From Lama glama (Eukaryota): a DNA stretch of 64,000 bases. Position numbers and translations under genes: made by a program. The DNA lies in NCBI GenBank assembly GCA_028534125.1, contig CM052817.1:34040001-34104000 (forward strand). The letters are read 5' to 3'. Positions 13,026 through 25,760 of this stretch are shown one piece after another. The notes under the pieces were generated by a model. The model was not told the origin of the DNA. It saw only the letters and a list, made by a program, of their open reading frames with translations, and did not search any database. Position 1 is the first letter of the stretch. Each line of letters opens with the position of its first letter.

Positions 13026-13959
13026 TAGTTTCAAGTTTTCTTAAGTATTTTTTATGATTTTTATAATGCAAGTCCTACCTTTGAGATCGCACGCATTTTT
13101 AGCAGTCGGATGAAGAGTACTTCAGCAAAATTCTGATAGCGGAATTCCTAATTCTAATTGTGTAATTATGGGGCATGTGAAGGGAACAGAAATAGCCTTA
13201 ATTTTCATTAGAGCCTGAGAATAGCAATGAACTCGATTTTGTTCAAGTGAAACAAATGTGGACCTGAAGGTCACAGCAGGAGAATTTTATTTTGAGATTG
13301 ACATGCTAGGTGAAAAAGATTAAAATCTAAGGTAATGCTCAGAATTAGGTGTATAGAATGTTGGATCTTATAAACAAGAGAGCTTATTAAGTATGTTCAT
13401 AAGTAATAATTGGCCTATGGGAACATAGTGATTTTATTTCAAAGTGCTTTATTTCATTGCCAATTTTCATGTTCTCATCAGAACAGCCCCTTGGCTTTAG
13501 GATGCAGTATCTTCACCTTTTAAGAGCTGGAGAAACTAAAAGCACAGTGTATTTTAGCAATGTTTGTCTGAGATGACACAGGTCAGCAGAGGCTGCAACC
13601 AGAGCCTATGATTTCTAGAACAATATCCCGTTAGTATGGAAGCCAGTAGTCCTGAACATATATTCTTCTCCATCTATTTTCCCAGACCCACATCTTACTG
13701 TCCAGAGTTATTCCTGGAGGTAGCTGTCTGTGTGCCTTGTGTTAATATAGTGTTTTCTCTTCCATCACTATGGCATCTCTGTGGGTGGGCTGTCCTAGAC
13801 TTGGTTTTGTGGCAGTGGTGCTGCATTTACTTCTAGCATGCATTTCTAACAACTCTCTGAAGGCTAGGAGTGTTAAGAACACCAAGTCCTTTCCATCTTG
13901 GTGCACAATTAGAAGTAAGGATGAATGATGGTTCCTTACCCAGGCCTTTGAATAAAAGG

Positions 13960-14190
13960 TGGTGTGTTCTGGATCCAGTCTTCCTGAGTTCGAATCTGGT
14001 TCTATTATTTAGTGGCTGCATAATATTTGAAAAGAATTACCCCAACACCTCTGAACTTTGGTTTTTCTCCTTTTGGTCATAATCCTGTCCCCTGCCTCAT
14101 AAAGTTGTTGTGAGGATTAAATGAGTTAATATGTGTAAAGTGCTTAGAACAGTACCTGGCACGTTGTAGCTAATACTTATGTGGCACTTA
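13960..14190 (+). mobile_element. MIR SINE
   Basis: gttgttgtgaggattaaatgagttaatatgtgtaaagtgcttagaacagtacctggcac matches MIR 3' half. Confidence 0.8.
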
Positions 14191-14263
14191 ATATTCTTGC
14201 TCTTCTTGATAAACGTCTTATTTGGAAAGTGAGTAATCATGACAGTGGATATGCTGCAGCTTC

Positions 14264-14427
14264 CTTTTTTTTTTAACTTATCTAAAGTTCTTTTTCTTTT
14301 TTTTTTTTTTTTGGTGGTGGGGGAGGTAATTAGATCTATTTATTTATTACTGGAGGCACTGGGAGTTGAACCCAGGACCTCCTCCATGCTAAGCATGTGC
14401 TCTACCACTGAGCTATACCCTTCCCCC
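14264..14427 (-). mobile_element. tRNA-derived camelid SINE (Vic-1-like), intron 17, with TSD
   Basis: Reverse reads ggggaagggtatagctcagtggtagagcacatgcttagcatgga...ggttcaactcccag (A/B boxes); TSD TGCTGCAGCTTC at 14252-14263 and 14428-14439; poly-T tail. Confidence 0.9.
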
Positions 14428-14694
14428 TGCTGCAGCTTCTTAATAGCTCATTATTGCCTAGGGACCTTAGTTGGAATGAACAGGGTTAGGTTAGGTCCCA
14501 CCAGGCTTCAGACTGTGGACTCCAGCTAAGCCTATGGAACTAGCCAATCACAGGTCTCACTCCCCACCAAGCTACTGGGTACGGGACAAGTTCAAAGCAA
14601 GGAAACACACTACATGTTACTGTGCCCAATTTTATGTCATAATCATTTGAGACCTTCTCATTATGTTGGTTCCTCTGAAAGTTCTTCCATTTCA

Positions 14695-15160
14695 CAAAGG
14701 TTCTTAGTCATTTTTGTGCTGTGGCTCCTTTCATAGTCTGGTGACCCTGTGCGTCCCTTGCTAGAATGCTGTTTTAAATGCATAAAATAAAGTACATAGG
14801 ATTACGGAAACAGCAGTTAGATTGAAATGCAGTTATCAAACTATTAAAAAGTACCTCTGTGCTATTCATTACACGTGCTTCTTTGTTACACAGAATAACG
14901 TGTTCTAGCTGTGGGTCCAACAACTCCTATAATTTCAAAGTGATGCATGGAAAACTGTAATACGTTGAAGATATCCATGTTACTATTGGTGACAAAGGTC
15001 GCAGGCTGAGACCACAGTGCTTTATTACGTTCATCCGTAATTTAAGGAAATGTTCAACTTCATTCAGAAGTTAGTAAAAACAAGAATGTAACGTTTCCCC
15101 TTCCAAGTTCACAAGCCCCTGAATTCAAGACACCTTTAGATCTCAGGTTAAGGGCCCCTA
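14695..15160. mobile_element. hAT-Charlie DNA transposon (MER119-like)
   Basis: ttttaaatgcataaaataaagtacataggattac...ttgaaatgcagttatcaaa resembles MER119; termini caaaggttctta / ttaagggcccct. Confidence 0.55.
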
Positions 15161-15659
15161 TAATAGCTTTAGCACAAAATCTGGGAGGGAATACAGGAAA
15201 GCTTTTTTTTCCCCTACTGACTAAAATAACTTTAAGACTAGGAAAAAAATTGTCTTCCTGGTTTTCAATCCTAAATGGATTAAGAGAAGGATGGATTTAG
15301 CTTTTAATGGTAAATTAAGATCTGGGAATCCAGAAATGTCTCTAAGAGGAATGGTCATGGAAAGTTTGGCTCGATTTTAGCAGGATGAGTTCAGGATGTG
15401 AAGATCAGCTGCTGAATTTAAACCTCGAATCTGCCACTCACCACTTTGGAATTGTAATCAGCATAAGCCACTACTCTGTACTGAGTATAATGCCGGGCAG
15501 TTTTTCAGATCTGAGTGAGTCAGCAGTACTGGGATAAACACTGGAACCACATTATCTCATTTAACCCACAAGACAAGTCGTGGAATTTGAAGTAGTATTT
15601 TTCTTTACAGAAGAATATTTCGAGGCTTACTTACAGACACATAAGTGACTTTCCCAATG

Positions 15660-16055
15660 TATTAATAAGGGATAATTTTGGTTGCATATTACAGGAAACC
15701 CCAAAGAAAAGAGGTACAGGAGTCACCGACCAGGGCTGAAATAGAGGTTTCATCAAGTACTCAGGGAACAGATCCCTTTACCTCTCTGTTTTTTACCATC
15801 CCTGGTGAATCCCTCATCTTCGTGGTCCAAGATGGCTAGGGGATAGCCATCCAGCCATTCCAGAAGGCAGGATGGAGGAAGAGTCAAGAGGGGAAGGCTA
15901 CAGGGCACATGCCAGCTTCATTTTAAGGAGGTTCTCTAAAGCTACCATGCCACACTTATACCTCAGTGGCCAAAACGGAGCCACAGGGCTGCACCCAGCT
16001 GCGAAGGAGGTGGGCAAGGGAGTCCCTGCTGTGGGGTCTGCTGCCCAGAACTGAA
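15660..16055. mobile_element. Old MaLR LTR (MLT1J-like)
   Basis: tggtccaagatggct...gccatccagccattccag...ctgcacccagctgcgaaggaggtggg motifs. Confidence 0.55.
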
Positions 16056-16520
16056 ATGCTTTTGAAATCTCTTAGATGTGGAAATATTTTTTCGAACCTG
16101 AAAATGTAGCTGGCCAAATTTCAATGGAAGTATAATTCATGTAAAATATATTTTAGTTAGTATTTTGTAAAATGCACTTTGTGTGTCAACCCTGGTTTCT
16201 CAGATCTGTATTACAGTGTTTACAAGGGAGGGGAGGCCTTCCCTCACCTCCCATTTGACAGAGATGAGAAGTCCTTTTTTAAGGAAAAAAAAGTTGAGAA
16301 ATTGTATTGATTTAGAAAAGGGGACAGGAACCATGGGAAGTCATGTTTCTATTAAGGGGAAAGGGGAAAATGGGAAACAAACTCAGGGTAAGTAACCAAA
16401 CCCCTGTGTCACTTGAGGCCAGTGGCAGAGCCCGGATTAGAACCCACGTGTCTGTCTCTGACATCTGTGCTCCTCATCACCACACTGTACAGACTCCACC
16501 TTGGACGTGGCGATAGAATC

Positions 16521-16703
16521 CAGTTGACCCTGGAACAAACGCAGGGGTTAATCTAGGTATAATTCTTAGCCAGCCCTCCATACCCGTGGTTTCTCCGCAT
16601 CTGTGGATTCACCCGACCACGGGCCGTATAGTACGGTAGTTTTGACTATTGAAAAATACCCATGGTAAGTGGACCCACACAGTTCAAACCCCCGTTGTTC
16701 AAG
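16521..16703. mobile_element. Tigger2-derived MITE (MER8-like)
   Basis: Starts cagttgaccctggaacaa; ends gtggacccacacagttcaaacccccgttgttcaag (Tigger2 TIR, truncated). Confidence 0.75.
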
Positions 16704-16735
16704 TTGTACTCGTGATCCACCTATTTCGGAGGTAG

Positions 16736-17229
<494 letters not shown>

Positions 17230-17382
17230 TAAGGGCCCTTCAGACAATGTTTCCCCCTTTTATTTTCCTTTTTAAAGACAGAAACCCAGATGTTGAGGGT
17301 TTTCACTAGCACGGTTTAAAATGTCACTTTGTTCCTTTTTATGACACCCTGGTCGGTTATTTTAGTCACTCTTGTCACCTAA

Positions 17383-17670
<288 letters not shown>

Positions 17671-18753
17671 TAGCCAGACTCCGAACTTCCCTTCTCTGGG
17701 TGCCAGGCGCGGCCTCCTCCTCAGGCTCTGGGGTGAGGACCAAGCTCCCCTCCCTTCTCTCCTTGACTTAGGCTGTAAATTGGGCTCTGGGTAGGAGAGT
17801 AAAGCAATGGAAACGAGTTATTTTTTCACCCGATCTCCGCATGCTGGGCCAAAGAATGTGAAATGAGGAGGGGAGAGAGTAGAGGGTTTGGCGCTTAGAA
17901 GTGTGGAAATAGAAGCTTCCAGAAGGATTTGCCACATTTCCTCCCGCATCCCAGATGCTGGTCGTGGGGTCAGCATGTTCTCTGCTCTCTCACACGGCAG
18001 GCCATTCAGGGTTGGGGGTGACGTGAACGAGAATAAAAGCATAGACAAGACAGCTTGTTACTGCAGAAAAATAAGCCTTCTGCTCAAGAACATGAGAGGG
18101 CGGTCCTGCCCATAGCCCTACAGGGTGAGTGGCTGTTTGAAGTTGGGAGATCCTGCCTGGTAATTTGGGGAGAGGAGGAAATTCAAAGCGCATATCCATT
18201 ATTTCTTCTGCTTTTAAGGAAGAATGAGTGATCTTATCCGGACTCAGGTTTTTTTAAGCTGCTTTTTTTCCTGGTTTGTGTGTACTTGGAGCTATCTTTT
18301 CTGAGAGTTTACCACCAGTACTTTTGGGTTGAGGCTTGCTTTTCTGGGCGTCAAAGCACATTTCAAATTAAACAGCATTTCCCACCCAAGTGCCTGGTTC
18401 TCACTGGAAGACCCCTGCAAGGATCACCAGTTTCTTAACGAATGACGTCAGCCGTTGGACTGTAGTTGGCTGTAGTGATTTTTCAACCTTTTTTTTGTTT
18501 TAAGTTAGATAGTTCTCCTTCCCAGATATGTCCCAGCAGAAGAGCGCATTTTGGACCATCACTTCTTATGTCATCAGACCTTGGGGAGAATGAGGGATGA
18601 AACAAAGCTGGTCTTCGGTCAATCTGGTTTGGTTCTTGGCTGTTGGGTCTCATTAACCTCCTGGCTCTAAGAGTCTTTGCAAGTTAACGAGCCCCTTCGT
18701 TGCTGTGTTCATTGTGGTGACTGATGTATTGACTGTGGACTTGTTTTCCTCAG

Positions 18754-18882
18754 ATTTATTCCAATTTAGCGAACGGCAGCCCCCACCGGGAGAACCCCGT
18801 GCTGGACCATTCCGTGCGGATCAATTCCGTCGGCAGCAGCGCATCTTCCACACAGCCTCTGCTTGTCCACGAAGACGTCTGA
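18754..18882 (+). CDS. KIT: KIT exon 21 coding part to stop
   Basis: cctcag|ATTTAT...; [45 protein letters not shown]. Confidence 0.98.
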   Translation: MYSNLANGSPHRENPVLDHSVRINSVGSSASSTQPLLVHEDV

Positions 18883-19710
18883 GGCCAAATGAGCATCTAG
18901 GGGGCTCCCCAGCAAGAACAACCCCCTGTTCTTTTGGTTTTCATGATGGTTATTTTGTTTTCCTTTGACTCGCCTCCTTCTCCAGGGTAGTGGACACCCC
19001 ACTGTAATCCTTTCTTTACAAGCACACTTGAGTGGCCGATGTTTGTCCCCAGCTACCATCAAGCTGCATCTATTCCCAATAGCAAGCTAGTCCCCCCGTT
19101 AACCAAAAAAAAAAACAGACTTGGAGAAAGGGAGGGTGGACCGTGCTGGACACACCCGGAGTCCTTTCCAAGGCTTTTCTCCGATTTCTGTTTGAAAAGT
19201 GTAGTTGGCAGTTTATTTGAATACATGTCAGTCGTCACCTTCGGTCCTGATAATCATCCACAATGGGGTGATGCGGCAGCAGGATTAGAAGCTGAAACCC
19301 TAACCCCGTGATGTGGAAAATAAAATGTTATTCAAACAAAGGGCAGAAGCCTATGAATATCAGGGCTCAAGAAATCTAGTAGTTCATGCTGGGAATGAGA
19401 CGCCGTGGAAAAGTGCTCTCCGAGCATGAATACAGCCTGCCGGGCATGAGCCGTTGTCCTCCCGACCTGGTTTCTAAATAGACTTTGCTGTTAGGGAGCT
19501 AAACTGGAGAGAAGGCCTCCTCCCCAGCCCGCATTTTGTATATACTCATCTGTCAGTCGTACGTGTTCACATACTGGAGGGAGGAACCCCCAAGGTGTAG
19601 TTTCTGGCTCAAGTTTGCTGCGTGTAGGCATAGATAAAGAGCCAGACAAGTTTGAAATCAACAGTTAGTGCTTTGCTTTTTTTTTTTTAAAGGAAAAAAA
19701 CATAATTGCC

Positions 19711-19718
19711 AAGCACAA
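19711..19718 (+). promoter_or_regulatory. miR-218 8mer seed site AAGCACAA
   Basis: Exact seed complement in KIT 3'UTR. Confidence 0.65.
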
Positions 19719-19965
19719 TCTTAACAAAAATCTCCTTTTGTCACCGATGAACTTGCTCAATACAGATAATCCGGAACAAACTGACCCACTTCAGAATGGC
19801 ATTGTGTTCAATAGATTTGATGCCATTTGAAAAAAAAAAAAAGTGACTGATTTACTGCATGGCTCCAGCAGGAGTGACAAAACACTGCTGTCTTAGTTTG
19901 GATTCTTCTGTAGCAGGAAATAAAATTTAGATTCCACCTCCATTGCAGGCATGTCCTGGATGCCG

Positions 19966-19973
19966 GGCCAGTA
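19966..19973 (+). promoter_or_regulatory. miR-193-3p 8mer seed site GGCCAGTA
   Basis: Exact seed complement in KIT 3'UTR. Confidence 0.7.
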
Positions 19974-20811
19974 TCTATATAAGTGTGTATGTGCACGCGC
20001 GTGTGTATGCTTGTAGACAAATACTTTGGGAGTATGCTTGCCTTGAGCCCAAGAGGGCCCTTCAGTACCCAGGAAGCAGCCTGGCTTTCGTCCGCAGCGC
20101 AGCTCCTGTTTCTCTTCACCTGGCTGTCTAGAGAAGCTTACCAGCAGTTACACAGAGGCGAATAGGAAGCGGAGTGCGTAAGTACCTATTTATTTGCAAC
20201 CCACCTGCACTTAAGGCACTCTGTTATTTATACTCAACATACTGTACCTGTTCCGTAGACATTATTCATGCTACTCTTCCCACCGAAACATATTTAAATT
20301 TTACCCTTTAGGCTGTAGCCTGGATACTATTCCTAGAGTTTACCTTTTTTTTTTTTTCCTCGCCCAGTTATAAGAGGTCCATGGGTACATGGCAAGGTTT
20401 GTGTGTTGTCTTGCGAGATTCAGGTAGGCTACCCCCCCAAGTTTTCCCCTTCTAGTTCCCTGAAACTACATTTAGAGAACTGTAGCCATTTATCTGGAAG
20501 TAACCATTTGCACTGGAGTTCTATGCTCTCGCACCTTTCCAAAGGTAACAGGTTTTGTTGTCATGTAAGAGCTTGTCGCTGTTTGCCATACTTTGTCTGA
20601 AAGTTTCCTTTGCATTTCTATTGACTTTGATTCTAGTAAGGAAAGTGGTTGTTCATTGTAGACGTCTAGGTACTTCAGGGGCACTTCACTGAGTTTTGTC
20701 TTGGATATTCTCGAAAGTTTATATTTTTATAATTTTTTTTTTACATCAGATGTTTCTTTGCAGTGGCTTAATGTTTGAAATTATTTTGTGGCTTTGTTTT
20801 GTAAATATTGA

Positions 20812-20823
20812 ATGTAGCAATAA
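20812..20823 (+). promoter_or_regulatory. Overlapping miR-221/222 8mer (ATGTAGCA) and miR-137 8mer (AGCAATAA) seed sites
   Basis: Exact seed complements in the 3'UTR; miR-221/222 are established KIT regulators. Confidence 0.8.
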
Positions 20824-20986
20824 TGTCTTTTGAATATTCCCAAGCCCATGAGTCCTTGAAAATATTTTTTATATATACGGTAACATTATGTGTAAATATG
20901 TAAGCGGTGCAAGTTTAAAGAGTGTTGATGTTTCCATGTTTTTTTTCCTGATATGTTGTCCAATTGTTGACAGTTCTGAAGATTCT

Positions 20987-20992
20987 AATAAA
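20987..20992 (+). terminator. KIT distal polyadenylation signal AATAAA
   Basis: AATAAA with upstream TGTA elements and downstream T-rich tract (21019-21033). Confidence 0.85.
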
Positions 20993-22575
20993 AGTGTAAA
21001 TATATAAATCAAGTGGAATTATTTTGATTCTTTCAAGCATAGTGAAATTAAACTTTAAAGTGTCACCAGTGCATTCACCCTGACATTAGAATGTTTGTAC
21101 CTAGTGTGCATAAGATACACACAAGGCTATCAGATCACTAGGATTTATATACTTGAAGATTCAGCAGACATTTATTAAGAATTTGTATGCGCTGTATTTT
21201 CTCATTTTATTTTTACAACCCGAGGTCTCCACTTAAATTGAAAAATAAATAGAGAAAGCATTTTGAGGATACTGCGCCTTGCTACAATGATTATCAGGTT
21301 GATTCATGTGGAATGACCGTTGTGATGGGCGAAATAATGGTCAAATAGGAGCAATTTCATGTAATTCAGTCTAATATAACTGGCATGCTTCCTCCTAACA
21401 GAGATTGTCTAAAAATTAAACGTGAACAGTAAGGCAATTCACAAGGGTGACATGAGGAATCTCAAGAAAGTAGTTTGTATTCTTGTTGGCTTGGATTTTG
21501 AAGATAGGTTGTTCCCTCCCGAGATGTTCACTCCACCCTTCGATCTTCATTCTCACTCACTTCTGGGACAAGGTAAAGTTCCGTCACTGCCTTGGAGGGA
21601 CGTGACTCGTGCCTTTTAGCTCAGTACTGTCTTGTGGCTGAAGCATCCTTTGTCATCAGGAGGGACCGTCCAGACCACTGGAACCTGCATGGAGCCTAAG
21701 AGTTACTCCAGCTTAAAACAAAGAATCACCCTGAATCACAAAATCCTATTAAAAATGAGTTCAGCACACAAAACACCATCCGATTTTATTTTCTTTATTG
21801 ACATGGCATCTACATGTGCAGAAATGACTCCTGAAAGGAGAGGGAAGAGGGGTGAGGGCTGACCTGTAATGAAGAAGAATCCTTTTAAAATCAGGAGGGA
21901 ACTGTGTGGCCAAGGACGCATCAATAATCAATAAAAAGCAGACCCACACTTCAGTCAAGCGTTTTCCATTATTTTATTACAGACGGGAATGAATGCTAAT
22001 TGACCACCACACAAAGGAGTCCTTTCTTGATGAATGTATTCCAGTATCATTTCGCCTTATTCGTGTGTGGGAAATCTCAAGTTAGAAGCCGTCCATGGCC
22101 CCTATACTATTAGTCTAGCTATTCCCCTCACTGGCCCAGCTTTTAATCAGCAAGTAGGTGCTTGGTGTCCAGCTCCGACTGGGTTCAGAGGTGCCAACCT
22201 TGTCTCTACCTCTTACTGCTCTGTGACGTTGGGAAGATTAGCTCTTGAAATCTCATTTTCCATAACAGTGGTATCTGCCTTGATGTACTAATCTGAAGCT
22301 GTCAGACCACCTGGTCCATATACCTACTACTTAAATAGTGATCAAAAATGGTAACTTTTGTCATGGCTGTTAGGCTTACTGGGAAGAAAGAAGATACTCC
22401 TGTACCAGCAGAACTCAGCTGTTACCCCGTATAGAACTCAACTGGCAGGAATGTGTTTCTAGTTGTGCCCTTTCTCTTAAATGTAAACAATATTGTACTG
22501 GTTTGCTGTGAAACTTTGCTATAGAGATTTCTGTGTTTTATTAAAATCCCAACTTTTTAGCCATGAATTCAAGGA

Positions 22576-22667
22576 TTTTTTTTTTTAATGGAGGTACTGG
22601 GGATTAAACCCAGGACCTCACACATGCCAAGCACATGCTCTACCACTGAGTGATTCCCACTCCACCC
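22576..22667 (-). mobile_element. Vic-1-like tRNA-derived SINE
   Basis: poly-T then aatggaggtactggggattaaacccaggacctc...tctaccactgag. Confidence 0.85.
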
Positions 22668-23971
22668 AAGGCTATTCTTGCTACGGATTTCCTTCCATGA
22701 TTCTCTCACATTACCATGGACTCATAAACATGCCCCACTTTTCTTATTCTTCCATCCATTCTGACGTTGTATTGTCGCTTCTTTCCAAGCCAGCCCCCAC
22801 CTTCAAGACCAGGGAAATAATCTCAGTTGGAAGATGCCTCTTGAGTTCCCATGACATTTGGTACCTGTGCCTCCTATTGGTCTTATAATCTATTCTGCCT
22901 TGTACTGTAATTACTTCAATTCTTGTCTTAGCTCCTCCCTAACCCCACCCCCATATTCAATCTTCAATTAACATAAAATACCTATATGGGCTAGGTTCAC
23001 AAGTTTCACTGGTTACCATTCACTTGTTAAAATATTTAATTATCTAGACATTCAGAAGTTAACTTGCTCAAGAAGTTGCAAGAGGTTAAGACTTGCCCAA
23101 GTTCACTTAGTCATGTTCGTGGAGTTGAGATTTGAATTTTGATCTGAGTTTCTGCACCTCAGTGGTGGCAAGTGCCTGGTCTTCCCATGCTCCATCTCCC
23201 CTCCATGTCTGTGCAGACATCGCTCATCTACCACAGCACTCTACCGTGGAGACAAGGTGCCTTAGAAATCTAAGGCACAGCCTTTTCCAGGAAGCCCATA
23301 CAAGTCAGTTGGAGTTAGCCTAAGGAGAGACTTACCTGTCACCCTTAGATGATCACCATGTTTCAGGTTTCTTGAGGCACAGGTGTTCTCTCTAAGATGC
23401 GCCTGAGGTTTGTAGCACAGTGTTTCATGAGTGATTAATTAACATTTTTTGAATGAATAATTAAACATTCCATCAGCATGAGCAAGGGAGAGCCATCTGG
23501 GAGGAAATGGGTCCAGGAAAGACAGGAAACATACAATGTTTACCGAGAATGGGGCCTTGGAAGTCAGCTTCATGTCACACTAGGGGGTGAGGCTTTGTGG
23601 GGAACAGAGAAGGGGAACTACGAAAGTGCCTTTGGGCAGCCTTACCGAGGCCTGCACAGCTGCTTTGTGGGAACCAGGAGACAAGAAGTAAAGAGGGCTA
23701 GGGTGGCTGCGGAGGGTGGGGAGGAAGGGAAAGTGGCAGAAGTTCTCTTCCTTATTCAGAAGGGAGGAGAGCCGAGGAAGCTACCAAGATGGCCCTGAGC
23801 TGGAGGTACAGAAACAAGACAGGAAACCTGCACCCCAGGCTTAACTTTGGGAGGGTCCTACAGAGCCAGCATCTCCAAGGAGAAACATCTCCCGGTAGGG
23901 GTCTTGGGACCACCTTGGCTATCAGGAAGTACCAGCTGGACAGGCTTCGAGTGAATATTTGTGAAGGAAAG

Positions 23972-24404
23972 TATATGAGTCTGCTGGAGCTGCTGTAACA
24001 CAGTACCACAAACTGGGGGGCTGAAACAACTGTTAGCTATTGCCTCACAACTCTGGAGGCTGTAAGTCCAAGATCAAGGCAGTGGCAGAAGTCCTTCTGA
24101 GGGCTGTCAGAGAGCATCGGTCCCTCGCCTCTCTCTTAACTTCTAGGGGTTTGCTGGTGATCCTCGGCATCCCCTGGCTTGTAGATCTCAGCCCTCCTCT
24201 CATGGTGTTCTCCCTCTGTGTGTCTGTGTCCAAATTCCTTTTTATAAGGACGGATTAAGGGCCCAACCCACTCCAGTGTGACTTCATCTTAACTAATTAC
24301 ATCTGCAATGGTCTCATTTCCAAACAAGGTCAATTCTGAGGTACTGGATGTTACCGTTATGACTTAAGCATATGAACTTGGTAGGACATAACTCAATCCA
24401 TGAC
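23972..24404 (-). mobile_element. MaLR solo LTR (MLT1C/MLT1A-like)
   Basis: gctgctgtaacacagtaccacaaactgggg...ctggaggctgtaagtccaagatcaagg...ttctgaggtactgg...tcaatccatgaca. Confidence 0.85.
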
Positions 24405-24821
24405 AGAAGAGTCTCAGGTGACCTGTTCCTCATTAGAGTCCTGAAATTTGCCCTCTAAAAACTAAAAGTGATCTCCAAAGTGCTTATATCAGAGCACTCT
24501 TTTCAATTATTGTATTAGTTAGAACAGTGTCTAGAACAGTGCCTGGTCTGTAGCCGACACTCAGTACTTACTGAATGATTGATGCTTTCTGCTCCTCCTT
24601 GGAACTTGCCTCCTGGCCTGCCCTCCCTGGTCCTCCTCTCTTGTTTTTCTCTATCACCCTTCCAAAGGTCACAATTGCACAGGGTCTGGTCCTTAATGTC
24701 TTCTTCCTGTCTGACATGCTCTCAACAAACGCTGGTCTATCTCATCTCATCCCCAGGATGTGGCTGTCACCTACAAGCAGATTTCCAACTCTGTCTCTGA
24801 CATTTCTGGCCTTGGCTAGAC

Positions 24822-24953
24822 TAGGGTTGCCAGATAAAATAGAGGACATCCAGTTAAATGTCCCATGCAACACTGGGGACATAGATACTAAAAATGTATT
24901 TATTGTTTATCTGAAATTCAGACTTAGCTGGTGTCCTATATTTTAATAACCCT
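24822..24953. mobile_element. MER53 palindromic DNA element, internally deleted
   Basis: tagggttgccagataaaata...ttgtttatctgaaattca...gtcctatatttt...aaccct. Confidence 0.75.
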
Positions 24954-25029
24954 TGTGTAGATTTGGGGAATATTCAAGGTCCAGTATGCGGATGAAATGT
25001 AGTTTCACTGTTTGTAAAAAACAGAGCAG

Positions 25030-25760
25030 GAACTTTATTTTAGTGAAGGTCTGTAGGTGGCAAATCTTCTTAGTTTTTGCTGTCTAAATTACCTCAAAAA
25101 TATTTTCATTGAATATAAAACTCAAGGATAGCAATTATATTTTTCAGCATGCTTATTTCTACTCTCTTCTGGTCTCCATTGTTGCTATTGGGAAGTCAGA
25201 TCAATCTATTCGTTTGAAGATAGTTATCTGTCTTTTTTTTTCTTTATTCTTCTAACATTCTCTTTGTCTTTGGTTTCATTATGATATGTCTAAGCTTGAA
25301 TTTCTTTCCATTTATCTGATTGGGGATTTTTCTGGACTCTTTGAATCTATGGATTGGTGTTTTTCATCGATACCGGGAAATTCTCAGCCCTTTTTAAATT
25401 GCCTCTGCCCATCCTGTTTCTCTTCTCCGTCTGGGATTCCAATTCATTGCATCTCAGAACCTCTCACTCTGTCCTCCATGTCTCTTAATCTGGCTTTCGT
25501 ATGTTCCTTCTTTTTGTCTTTCTGGGCTGCCTGCAAGGTAGTTTCTATTCTTCCTGTTATCTGAATCCCCCTTCAGCTCCTGCCCACAGAGAATATTTTT
25601 AGCACCTTTATTGAGGTATAATTAACATACCATAACACTCACTCATTGTAAGTGTATAACTCAGTGATTTTATTAAAATTTTGAGTTACGCAACCATCCT
25701 CACGGTTTTAGAACATGATCCCCCAAATTTCTCTCATGTTTGTTTGCAGCTGATGAGTAT
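25030..25760 (-). mobile_element. Old L1M fragments
   Basis: T-rich antisense L1 motifs (tctggtctccattgttgctattgggaagtcag; tttattgaggtataattaacatac). Confidence 0.6.

Larger units (their letters stand above)
18883..21012 (+). other. KIT: KIT 3'UTR
   Basis: Follows stop codon, repeat-free, AU-rich distal part, ends ~20 nt after AATAAA; exact cleavage site inferred. Confidence 0.88.
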
